DNA of 54,464 bases from Octopus bimaculoides (GCF_001194135.2 NC_068989.1:67960375-68014838); one strand, 5' to 3'. Shown: positions 1 to 11,100, numbered from the stretch's first letter. The notes: a model not told the origin generated them from the sequence alone. Made by a program: numbers and translations.

Positions 1-360
1 TCTATGTATGTATGTGTGTATGTATGTGCGTATGAATGAATGTGTGTAAGCATGTATGTGTGTATGTATGTATGTGCGTGTGAATGAATGTGTGTATGTA
101 TGCATGTATGTATGTATGTATGTATGTATGCATGTATGTATGTGCGTATGAATGAATGTGTGTAAGCATGTATGTGTGTATGTATGTATGTGCGTGTGAA
201 TGAATGTGTGTATGTATGCATGTATGTATGTATGTATGTATATGCGTATGAATGAATGTGTGTATGTATGTATGTATGTGCGTATGAATTGATGTATGTA
301 TGGATGTATGTAAGTTGTGTGTGTCTATGTATGTATGTATGTATGTATGTATGTATACGT
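1..360. repeat. Compound (TATG)n/(TG)n microsatellite with a 116-bp internal direct repeat
   Basis: GTGCGTATGAATGAATG at 26 and 142, and GTGCGTGTGAATG at 74 and 190; both offsets are 116. Confidence 0.9.
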
Positions 361-362
361 GT

Positions 363-626
363 GGAGGCGTGTGACGTAGTGTATTCCTCTCATGAACGTA
401 AGTCTATGGTTTCGATTCCTGAACCGGGTGATGCGTTGTTTTTTTGAGCAAAACACTTAATTTTACCTTACTCCAGTCCACTCACCTGGTCAAAATGAGT
501 AATCTTGAGACGGAGCAGTGTGACATCCAGTGTGCTTATGCGTGTTTGTGCATATGTGGGGATATATACGTCAGAGAATCCAAGAAACAGGCCACATGAG
601 CCTATGACTGGGGAAGGCCTTTCATC

Positions 627-630
<4 letters not shown>
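363..630 (+). mobile_element. Degenerate tRNA-derived CORE-type SINE
   Basis: Head GGAGGCGTGTGACGTAGTG with B-box GGTTTCGATTCC, then TTGAGCAAAACACTT...CTCCAGTCCACTCACCTG...AAATGAGT (CORE-like block, shared with 48225). Tail resembles that of the 1324 copy. Confidence 0.75.
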
Positions 631-664
<34 letters not shown>

Positions 665-728
665 TAGCACATTAGCAGTCCACCTAGTAGCCTCCTTTAT
701 ATATACTCGTATATATTTATATACATAC

Positions 729-763
<35 letters not shown>

Positions 764-1323
764 NNNNNNNNNNNNNNNNNNNNNNNNNNNNNNNNNNNNN
801 NNNNNNNNNNNNNNNNNNNNNNATATATATACATATATATATGACGCTTCAACAAGTAGAAAATCACACGATCAGCTAAAGGAGTAAAAATAATGTTATA
901 ATAAAAATCCATAAATCTTGCTAAATACAGCTACCCAGGATTTCCTGGACGAAACAATAATTTTTTTCGTCATTTATCAAGTTGAGAATAAGACCGTGTG
1001 TCAGTTGTCTTTTGGTTAGATAATGCTTAAACACGAAATGCTTGTAAAGAAAGAAAACACAAGGGTGATAACCAATATTACAATAATTCGATGTCAAGTA
1101 TACATAAACAAGATGTTAATGGTTTACTAAGTGTCAAGTGGTCTGCTTTTAAACTGCAACAGGATCTGTTTCTTGGAATGTGGACATACAAAAAAAAAAA
1201 AAAACGAAAGAAAAATCTCGTTCCTGGAATTTATACATTCGTTTGTGGTTTGCAAGGTTTTTACAAGATAGGTTTTCAAGAGAACATACTGAAGTTTTTG
1301 GGACCCGTTAATATATGATCTGT

Positions 1324-1625
1324 GGAGGCGCAATGAACCAGTGGTTAGGGGAGCGGACTCGCGGTCGGAGGGTCGTGGTTTCGATTCCCAGACAAGGCGT
1401 TGTGTGTGTTTATTGAGCGAAAACACCTAAAAGCTCCACAAGGTGGTGGCGACCCCTGTTGTACTCTTTCACCCCAACTTTCTCTCACTCTTTCTTCCTA
1501 TTTCTTGAGTAACGCTGCGATGGACTGGCGTCCCGTCCAGCTGGGGGGGGGGAACACATACGCCATAGAAACCGGGAAACCGGGCCCATGAGCCTGGTTA
1601 GGCTTTAAATGGGCGCATAAATAAC
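1324..1625 (+). mobile_element. tRNA-derived SINE, family A head with tail type 1
   Basis: GGAGGCGCAATGAACCAGTGGTTAGG (A box) and GGTTTCGATTCC (B box). The first ~170 bp match 16952 and 48872, then a different tail follows (GCGATGGACTGGCGTCCCGTCCAG...GAAACCGGGCCCATGAGCC). Possibly one of the described octopus OR-type SINEs; not checked against a library. Confidence 0.9.
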
Positions 1626-2559
1626 TAAAAATAATATATGATCTGGTTTTGAAGAGGATTTTCCACTTGATGTCGAAACTGGTCACTTCATCATTAAGTC
1701 TCCAGATTAAAATCGAAAGTGTTGTTGAATGACTCTTATTACGGTACCTAANNNNNNNNNNNNNNNNNNNNNNNNNNNNNNNNNNNNNNNNNNNNNNNNN
1801 NNNNNNNNNNNNNNNNNNNNNNNNNNNNNNNNNNNNNNNNNNNNNNNNNNNNNNNNNNNNNNNNNNNNNNNNNNNNNNNNNNNNNNNNNNNNNNNNNNNN
1901 NNNNNNNNNNNNNNNNNNNNNNNNNNNNNNNNNNNNNNNNNNNNNNNNNNNNNNNNNNNNNNNNNNCCTAATTTGTTATTGCACTATATCTATCTTAGAA
2001 TAGGTATATATATTTATTGATGCATATATATATGGGTCTGTGTTTGTGTGTGTCGTGGGCTGTATGTGTGTGGTGTGCATGTATGTGTGTAAGTATACTT
2101 ATAAGGTTATTATCAAGTTACGTAGACATCAGTAATAGAAGGTATTGATGATTGCTGGCGCATACGATCGTACACATCTGCTGGAAGATCATTTCCCGCC
2201 AGACGTTAAATTTACTTGTAATCTCCCTACCCTTTTCTCATGGTTCGAAAATTGACATGTTAAGGTCCAAATTAATCCTGAATATCATGTTATTCCTCTA
2301 CTGAAAGTCCATGGAAATGCAAGAGTGGTGACGTGCACAGACCTCACCGATTTGAAGCACCCAGTTAGGAAGCTGTAAGACTGAATACTCATCTGAGAGA
2401 TTATGGATGGAAAGTATTGCTATTGATAACAAGATAACATAAGGAGCCGGCAGTCATCTGTGAAGATGGAGCAATTACATTATATATATATGGACTTTCT
2501 TACCACACAGCCATACCTGCGCCTTCGTTTCTGAACAATTAATGATAATAATAATAAAT

Positions 2560-2659
2560 ATAATAATGACAAAGCAATAAAAACAATCATAATAATAATA
2601 AAAAGAATGATAATAATAATAACAACAGCAGAATCAACGACGTCGATGACAACGATGAA

Positions 2660-2690
<31 letters not shown>

Positions 2691-2760
2691 GTGATGGCGA
2701 CGACGACGACGATGATGGCACATGGCCAGCGATTTTGAGGGGATGGATTTGGTCGATTAT
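2560..2760 (-). mobile_element. Isolated family B SINE 3' tail running into a (CAT)n/(ATT)n microsatellite
   Basis: The reverse complement of 2716-2760 reads AATCGACC...CCCCCTCAAAATCGCTGGCCATGTGCC, the family B tail, and continues directly into CATCATCAT. Confidence 0.65.
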
Positions 2761-3539
2761 ATATACCATGTTAAATACAATCTAATAGCTATAACTGTCT
2801 TACTGAAAAGAGCAATCCTGAATACAAATATGCTGCGAAAAAGGAAAAAAGAAAAAAGATAAAGAAAGAAATATTCTACAAAAGTGAATAATAAATTGAA
2901 TAAACAAACAAACAAACAATAAAAACAACAATCGTTTGACATTTTATCAGATAGATGGCCAAATTGGTGTTAGTTCTGAAAAAAAAAAAGATGGCAAACG
3001 TCCAGCTTATTGGATTATGCAGGTTGGCAAGAAATATCGAAAAGGAAACATATCTTTTATTATCTTCCAACAATTTTCTCGGTCAAAAACATGAAAAAAC
3101 AAATTAAAATACGAAAAACAGTAAGGAACTATCACTACTATTTGAAATAATTAAACGTCATTCTCGCAATGTACAGGGAAGCATCGAAAACTTGATGGCT
3201 TTATAAAAGACATGTCAAATTCATAAAATACTTCTCAAAATTTTGATTTTGTTATTTCTTTATAAAATCTCCATGTGTTACATGAAGTGTAAAAAAAGAA
3301 GATTTTGATTGCTTTCAAATTTCGCGTATTAAACAATAAAATACGTAAGAAGCTGGATTTACTAATCGGGTGATACATAGCAGATATGAACGGATTATAC
3401 TTATTTACCAACATCGAACTCACCTAACAAAACAACTATTGCAACGAGTCTTCAATACACTTATTTTGGATCAGACTTGAGAAATATTATTTGGTCTGAG
3501 TTGAAAGTTTTCTCGTATCAATACTATACGTATACTGTC

Positions 3540-3580
<41 letters not shown>

Positions 3581-3901
3581 GTATGCTCATTTCTTTCATA
3601 TCCATTTTGCACGCTCCTGAAGAAAAATACTTTCTAAGTGAAAACCAGAAACAGTGTTCGCTAACGCGTTGACCGTTACACGTGACTTGCGCTTTCATAA
3701 CAACGACCTCATCATAAGGCTCTTCTCTCACAGGATATCCAGAATATATTGTTTACCATTTGGTTTCTCACTCAAAATGTTTTCATCCTTGCTTTCTTTC
3801 AAACGAATCTTTAGTGCCATTTCCAATTCCTTATCATATCAACCATTCCTTAGGTTAATGTCTCCAATGAAAAACTGTAGGATCTGCATGCACACTGAGA
3901 A

Positions 3902-3949
<48 letters not shown>

Positions 3950-3952
<3 letters not shown>

Positions 3953-4140
3953 TGACCGTTGACTGAACACTATTCAATTTTTTTTCTCCGTGTTTTTCTC
4001 CTTGTCTCCGTATTCTTTCTGTTGAAGAGCGTAGCTCGAAACGTCAAAGACTTTCCGTATTCCCGAGCGTCATACTAATATATACTTTTGTTATTTACAC
4101 CACCTGTCCTCGTCTGTTGTTATTATTTGTATATTCTCCC
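3950..4140 (+). mobile_element. Short (~190 bp) (TA)n-embedded element with a hammerhead-like motif (Penelope pLTR/retrozyme-like), family H1 copy 1
   Basis: Homologous along its length to 37693-37878. (TA)n on both sides. Contains the motif at 4014-4050. Confidence 0.75.
4014..4050 (+). ncRNA. Minimal type-I hammerhead ribozyme motif with a variant core
   Basis: TCTTT-CTGTTGA-A-GAGC(GTA)GCTC-GAAAC-GTC-AAAGA: 5-bp helix I, perfect 4-bp helix II, GAAA, palindromic ACGT helix III and a GUC triplet. Core position 6 is U instead of the canonical A. Confidence 0.6.
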
Positions 4141-4431
4141 ATATATATATATATAGTCGACAGCTGAGGGCTAAAGTCGCTCAATATAGAAACATGTTGC
4201 AGTGTGCAAATGATTTCAAATTACATACCGGAATCTTATCGAGGACTAAGTCCTTGAGGTAAAGAGTGGATATAAAATGAATCCAGGTGAGCTGATATGA
4301 GATAATGACGCAAATAAACACACATGGGATTGATACATACATACATACATACATGTAAATATACATAGAGATGTATTGAGAGAAACAAAACTGAAAATAT
4401 TCAGATGAACATTAAACAAAGGATCAACATA

Positions 4432-4602
4432 GGCACAAGCGTCGCAGGGTGGTAAGAAGCTTGCTTTCCAAGCACCTGGTTTTGGGGTCAGTCCCACTGC
4501 GTGGCATTTTGGGCAAGTGTCTTCTACTTTAGCCTCGGGCCGACCAAAACCTTGCGAATCTATTTGGCAGACGGAACCTGAAAGAAGCCCGTTATATATA
4601 TA
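4432..4602 (+). mobile_element. Family C SINE, 5' half
   Basis: GGCACAAGCGTCGCAGGGTGGTAAGAAGCTTGC...TCAGTCCCACTGCGTGGCA...GACGGAACCTGAAAGAAGCCCG matches the 5' halves of 17821 and 38780. Confidence 0.85.
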
Positions 4603-4934
4603 AGGAAACAAGGTTATTTTATTCTGCACGGGTAGAAATATTGGTAAAAGAAGTTGAAAAGCACTGGGATTCATTTAGATGTTTTATATAAAAATTTTTT
4701 TCAAGGACTTAAGAAATTTCACGAGTTTCTCTTATTTTCAAAAGTTAAGACAGAAAGACGTGGAACTTTCTATCTCAACTTTTGAAAATCAGAGAAATCT
4801 GTGAAATCGGTTAATTTTTTAACATTGTTTAAATAAAAAATCTCAACTAATCCCAGTCCATTTTCAACTTCTTTCTTCTCTCTCCCCTCCCCCTCTCTCC
4901 ATTTGTGTGTATGTATGTGTATGTGTATATATGT

Positions 4935-5072
4935 GTGTGTTTGTGTGTGTATGTTTGTATCTATGTTCGTTCCCCATGATTGGTTGACAATCAATGTTTG
5001 TGTGTTTACGTTCTTGTAATTTACGGTTCGGCAAAAGATACCGATAGAATAAGTACTAGGCTTACTAAAAAA
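4935..5072 (+). mobile_element. Family C SINE, part of the 3' half
   Basis: TTGACAATC...GTGTTTACGT...GGTTCGGCAAAAGATACCGATAGAATAAGTACTAGGCTT matches the 3' halves of 17821 and 38780. Confidence 0.8.
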
Positions 5073-5674
5073 GGTAAACGATAAAAGCTAAAATATGTGT
5101 ATAAGCAACTGATTTTTATATATCTATAGAACAAATTTACATAGAGTACAAAGAGCATAGAAAACTAATGAGGTAAGCTTGATGCTTGAGGTCCAAGAAC
5201 TATTTCTGCGGGCTCGGAATTATGTAATAGTTGTAATGTTGGCAGATGGAGTGTGAAAAATTCAAGCATATGCAACTAGTAGTGGATGCAAAATAAACAT
5301 TACTGTAAAGTGAGCGTCCGTCTTCAGTGTGGAGGTTTTGGCATCTAGCTATTCAGATCATAATTTGAGAGCATTTAAAGTTAGAATGAGTGAAGAGGAA
5401 GGCAAAGAAAAGTAGGTAGAAGGCGGATGTAAGTGGTTCAAGGGAGAGGGAAATGTTAAAGTAGAAGATGGGCAAGAAGAGATAGGATAGTCAGAGCAGG
5501 GAGGGGGGGCCGATGAGTGACCAAGGGATTGAGAGAAGATGAGGTGCTGAGTCGAGAGATGCGTCGAAAGGAGTTATATGAGTAGTATTTTGAAGGTTGT
5601 GTCGTTGTTGGGTGTGTTGACAACAGATGTTATTAGGCAGGGATAGTGGGAACAGTTCATATATTCTTATTGAT

Positions 5675-5880
5675 TTTAAATTTTGGCACAAGGCCAGCAG
5701 GTTTCGGGAAGGGCCTAAGTCGAATAAATTCACCTCAATGTTCAACTGTTACTTACTTTATCGACCCTTAAAAGGATGAAATGCAAAGTCAAGCCGGTTG
5801 CATTTTAACTCAGCACATAAAATCAGACGGAATACCGCTAAGCATTTTGCGCGGCGCGCTAACCATTTTGCCACCGCCTT
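5675..5880 (-). mobile_element. Family B SINE
   Basis: The reverse complement carries GTTAGCGCGCCGCGCAAAATGCTTAGCGGTATTCCGTCTG...TTTCATCCTTTTAAGGGTCGATAAAGTAAGTA and the tail GCTGGCCTTGTGCCAAAATTT. Confidence 0.85.
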
Positions 5881-5882
5881 CA

Positions 5883-5922
<40 letters not shown>

Positions 5923-5923
5923 T

Positions 5924-6334
5924 TTTCAGACAGATCATGTAATCGAACACCGTCGGCCGGATGTCGTCATATTGAATAAGAGAGACAAATATTGTCAAAT
6001 CATTAACGTAGTCATACCAAATAACATGACTGTGGCGAGTAAAGAGGTTGAAAAAATCACCAAGTACTCCGAATTGAAAGTGGAAATGGTAAGACTGTAT
6101 GGAATGCGATAGGGTAATGTAAAAGTGATCGGAGCGTTGGGCTCAATTCCATTGAAACTTCAAATCTTTTTAAGGCAACTGGAAATTCCATGTAAGACTG
6201 ACGTCTTGCAAAAGGCAGTCTTATTGGGCACAGCGCACATCTTCAGGAAAGTATTATCTGCCTGAGATCCTTGTTGTGACTTGACAGATGTCTAAAAACT
6301 CCGGTACATCTTTACCTGCACTGTCTTACGAAGG
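5924..6334 (+). mobile_element. 3' end of an R4/Dong-clade non-LTR retrotransposon (restriction-like endonuclease C-terminus, one internal stop)
   Basis: 5924-6265 translates as FQTDHVIEHRRPDVVILNKRDKYCQIINVVIPNN...KEVEKITKYSELKVE...*...VIGALGSIP...LQKAVLLGTAHIFRKVLSA*. RPD, KE.EK..KY and LQKA.LLGTA are typical of R4/Dong endonucleases. Flanked by (TAA)n on both sides. Confidence 0.9.
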
Positions 6335-6350
6335 AATAATAATAATAATG

Positions 6351-6424
<74 letters not shown>

Positions 6425-6450
6425 CATTATCATCATTATTATTATTATCA
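6335..6450. repeat. (AAT)n followed by (ATT)n: palindromic microsatellite centred near 6380
   Basis: AATAAT-G-ATTATT junction with self-complementary arms of roughly 40 bp. Confidence 0.9.
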
Positions 6451-6454
6451 TTAT

Positions 6455-6545
6455 CCTTTCTATTAGGATCACTAAGGTCTGCAATTTTGGGGGTTGGGGC
6501 CTTAATCGAATACTTCGACCTCACTGTTACCTATTTTATCAACAG
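6455..6545 (-). mobile_element. Family B SINE 3' fragment
   Basis: The reverse complement reads GATAAAATAGGTAAC...GGTCGAAGTATTCGA...CCCCAAAATTGCAGACCTT...AGAAAGGATAATGATAATAAT. Confidence 0.65.
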
Positions 6546-6611
6546 CTTCGTTCTGTTTGATTCAGTGTAACTTTTCTATATTTTCTGCGCACATTTCAAT
6601 ATTACAAAGCA

Positions 6612-6814
6612 TAGGCACAAGGCCCGAAGTTTTGTGGGAGGGTGCCAGTCGATTAGATCGACCCCAGTACGCAACTGGTACTTAATTTATCGACCCCGAA
6701 AGGGTGAAAGGCAAAGTTGACCTCGGCAGAATTTGAACTCAGAACGTAACGGCAGACGAATTACCGCTAAGCATTTCGCCCGTCTTGCTAACGTTTCTAA
6801 CAGCTAACCGCTTT
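6612..6814 (-). mobile_element. Family B SINE, well preserved
   Basis: The reverse complement reads GCGAAATGCTTAGCGGTAATTCGTCTGCCGTTACGTTCTGAGTTCAAATTCTGCCGAGGTCAACTTTGCCTTTCACCCTTTCGGGGTCGATAAATTAAGTACCAG. Confidence 0.92.
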
Positions 6815-7684
6815 AATGCAGCCAAAATATTACAATGACCTCCAAGCCAAAGTCATCACGATCCATCACTCAATCAGAAAAAAGCCCTGAAGGATATACT
6901 GAGACTGCACGTGCATTGAGTTATAACTTACTTCGGAAAGTTTCTTCACAGTTTTACCAGTTAATAAATTGAAAACTTTACTGAAACGACTATATACAAA
7001 AAATGGAAAGCTGTGTGTGGCTTTTTTTCTGTGTTATTAATTTTTTTTTTGGCTTATTGTGGGCCAAATAAAGTTATGTAGTCTTGTCAGTTGTAGTATT
7101 TTCTTTTACTATACTCCAAAAATTTAGAAATTTAGAAATATTTTCAAATATATCTGCCAAACTAGTGAGCCGTTTTTGACACGATAATATCTAGTTGAAG
7201 ATCCATAAAAAATGCCTGGAGAAATTCAACTGTAATTACATTAAGCTATAATTACTTAGCGGAATGAAGCATGTGAATAAAGAAAGAAAAAACGTGGCGT
7301 TCTATATATTTATTCCAGTCTCCAAATATAAAATACACGTACATACAGATACACACACAGACACACACATGCGTGCATACACGCACGCAAACACACAAAC
7401 ATGTGTACGTACACATATACAATTCCACACACACTTAGATATATGTATATATGAGTGTGTGTGTAGGTATATGCATGTGAGTGTCTTATACATGGTTAAA
7501 AATGTTTTTGCATTTGTGCACGAATACATACAATTATGCGTGTGCAAATAGGACTGCATGAAGAAGCCATAATTGCTGCAGTGATTAATGCTTTACTTTA
7601 ATCGAAACCATTCAAGCATAAACTGCAAGTAGTGTAATATGTTCCATATTAATTTGGATTTACATAATGCGTATATAATACACA

Positions 7685-7721
<37 letters not shown>

Positions 7722-9922
7722 TATATGTAAATATGTAAATATATAAATATATATGTGTGTATATATATGTATATATATATTTATGTATATATATGCATAC
7801 ACATATATACGTATGCATATATATATATATATATTAATATATGTAAATATGTAAATATATAAATATATATGTGTGTATATATATGTATATGTATATGCAT
7901 ACATATATACATATACATATATATATACATATGTGTGTGTGTGTGTTTGTGTCTGTATGTATTTATACAAATATGTGTGTAGCTATACAGACATATACGT
8001 ATATATGTATGTATATAGAATATATATGTATATGTGCCTCATTGTGTATAACATGCATACATATACACACACGGGCATACACATATATGCATATATAAAT
8101 ATATATAAAATGCATATGTATATGTATATGTGTATATTCTTACATTGCTTTATGCCGAACGAATAAGAAAAGAGCGCTCTGTACATGTGGACGATAGGGT
8201 TTCCTTTTTAAAAGTGATGCTGTAAATTAGTATCTGACTTGTGTTTCACGTTATTGTGATCTTCAGGGGAAACTGTATAAGCAATGTGAATATGGATGTT
8301 TGTATATATACACTGCGTTTCAAATTATTAATGAAGTAACATTTTAAACATTTTATTTAAAAACTATTCATTAGAATTCGAGATTTTCCAAGAATGCTGT
8401 CAACAGTTGTATGCACGTGTTGTGCAAACAACGTGAAGTTCTGTAAAACAACACATTTACTAATTTTACCAATACTACGGCCATTTACCAAATTTACGTA
8501 AACTGTCACTGTTTCAAGTTATTAGCGAGGTGTAAACAAGAAAATACCAATTTAATTGTTTCATGTATACACTAAAATGAGCTCATAGTTATAAACATGG
8601 AAGAAATAGCAATAAATAAATAAACAGCGTTCAAAATTAATAGGTGAGCTGGTTAGTAAGGGTTATATGAGCGTTTGTATGAAATAAGTTGGAAAAGGTG
8701 CTGGTCCATGGAACATGCTAATTTCTGGATCTCCGCTGATGTTATACCGCTACTATTAATTTTAACATTGGTACAGGACATGCGTTTAGGGAGGTGAGTT
8801 GTTGTTTTTATCAACTGCAGTACTTGACTGGTATTAATGGTATCGTTTACAGTGTGAACAAGGGCGATATCTGTTTGATTTACTCAGTTCGTCTCCCTCT
8901 TCCTTCTCTGTCGTTAGATACGCTTTACAATCTTTCATGTCAGCTGCGTTGCATACTAACTATCTTTTTTGATACTGTCGACATTTTTCGTCCTGTTCTC
9001 TCATTAACAAACATACATTTCCACATCCAGTTTTATAGTAAACAGTGAAGTACATATAAACTTAATTTGAAGCATACATCGCCCTGCTATAAAATGTGTC
9101 GCTATACTTTATTAAATAAAATATATAATTAGTTTTTTGTATAGGAAGGGCTTTCAAAATTTTAAATGCACTTCTGTTGAATATGATAATAACAATAATC
9201 ATTATTCGAACTGCTCGGATTTGTGAATCTTGTATAAGAAAGAAGTTATTTATTTGTGCTAAAGGAAATTTTGACGTAGTGACGATGTATTTGTGAAATG
9301 TCAGAGAACATATAAATATCTAAATAGTTCGCTTAGGGAAAGATCAGGAATATAAGAATTTTATCATTCTTAAATTGCAGTGGTTTTCACATGAATAGAT
9401 TGGAATCTACATTGAAGGATTTCACATATCGCACCCTAAAATCTGTGTCACTGTTATCAGCAGTAAATCGAATGAGCTTTAAAATTTTTTTTTCACCCTT
9501 GATCTTGTACGTGATAGTAGTACATTGAAACAATATATCAAAATAATAAACTACATTCTAAATAGGAGACTTCATGCAAGCAGTCGATCTGCAAAATACG
9601 AAAATCTTTCACTTATCTTTCACAAGAAATCTTGAGGAAATCTTGACAGATCTGGCATCCATGCCTTAAACACTATGTCAAGATGCACATCACCAAACAT
9701 TTTTACAGCTGCACTACAATTGACACGCTGCCAGCCAGTGAAACTTGTTCGGCTCTTGTGAGTCTAATCTCAGAATTTATATGTATACAAAAACAGATCT
9801 AATAGGAGAGATAATAAAATGCAAAATTCACAATGTAACTCAGCTAACTCAGTAAAGCACTGAATATAAGGATGCTACTAAGATTACTGCGACTTTTCCT
9901 CGACTTTAATGTAGAAAATAAA

Positions 9923-10233
9923 TTACGTCACAAAGAAACAAATTGTCATGGAATAATGTAAATGTAAGAATATATTTACATGCCTATATTTCATTCAACG
10001 CTGCTTCACGCGCCCCGATCTTACAGGTCTGTGAACGATTGAATCAGTACTCGTAGTAAAAAACAAAAGAAGTCTAAGGACTCACAAGCGCATGCGCCAG
10101 AAGATCAAATGACGTCATTCATAGCCCAATTATGTGTTTTCACACATTGTTTATGAGAAAATGTTCTCCCTGAAACTATTTTCGCAGCGGCTGAGTGTAC
10201 ATGAAAGTGTTAAATATAATTGTACGCGCGTAC
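9923..10233. promoter_or_regulatory. Candidate CpG-enriched promoter or enhancer (NRF1-like, CRE and CCAAT motifs)
   Basis: GCGCATGCGC at 10088-10097, palindromic AATGACGTCATT at 10108-10119, CCAAT at 10126-10130, TTACGTCA at 9923-9930 and palindromic GTACGCGCGTAC at 10222-10233, all in non-repetitive sequence. Confidence 0.5.
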
Positions 10234-10729
10234 GGTAAATATAAATATCCGTCAAAGATCATTTTTGAAAATAAAAGTATCAAAAGACAACATCCATTCA
10301 GCAGCCTCGGACAAAATGGTTTACTGTGCCTAAGATACTGAATGTCTACAATATTCTTTTTTTATTCCCCAATGAATGTTATGAAATATTCCATATTACA
10401 TATGGATTAGTTAATTCTATATGAGAATGCTTTGCTGTCTTGTCTTTAAAAGAATATTTTATTATAAAGACTATACAGTAGAGTTTGATAAAGAAAACGT
10501 GAAAAAGAATCGCTATTAAATTTTGTTGAATATTATTGCATTTCTACGCATTCAGATTCTAAAAGTTTTCAGAGTACGATAGTATACATAACAGTTAATA
10601 ACCGAATAAATCCTGTAGTTTTTATATAAACGAAGAAGAAAAGTTATGTAACAAACCAAATAAGAGGCAATAACGTGTAATGTTTTTTTTCGCGCAAGTC
10701 TAGGGCATTCGTTCGTGATACGGCAATGG

Positions 10730-10732
10730 TTT

Positions 10733-10774
<42 letters not shown>

Positions 10775-11100
10775 TTATTATTATTATTACTATTATCATC
10801 ATCATCATCATCATCATCATCAACATCAACATCATCAACATCATCAACATTATCAACATCATCATCATCACCGCTACCACCAGCCTAACAACTACCACCA
10901 ATACCACTACCGCCATCACCCCCAACTTCACTAACACCACCACAATCACTGTCACCACCGCCACGATCACCTTTCTCGCCATCACCACCAGTAGGATCAT
11001 CATTACCATCACCACCATCACTACCATCATCATCATCTCTATCACCACCACCGCATATCCACCACCACAACCACCACCACCACCAGTAACAAAAACACGA
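10730..11100. repeat. Compound trinucleotide array (ACT/ATT/ATC/ACC)
   Basis: Seen directly; accounts for the poly-T/poly-I/poly-V ORFs. Confidence 0.95.

Noticed and set aside
1324-1395. tRNA genes at the SINE heads (also 16952, 48225, 48872)
   Set aside because: A and B boxes are present, but no complete cloverleaf was found and each runs into a repeated SINE body.
1640-1695. Possible hammerhead TTGAAGAGG...TCGAAACTGGTC
   Set aside because: Helices I and II cannot be formed convincingly; at most a decayed relic.
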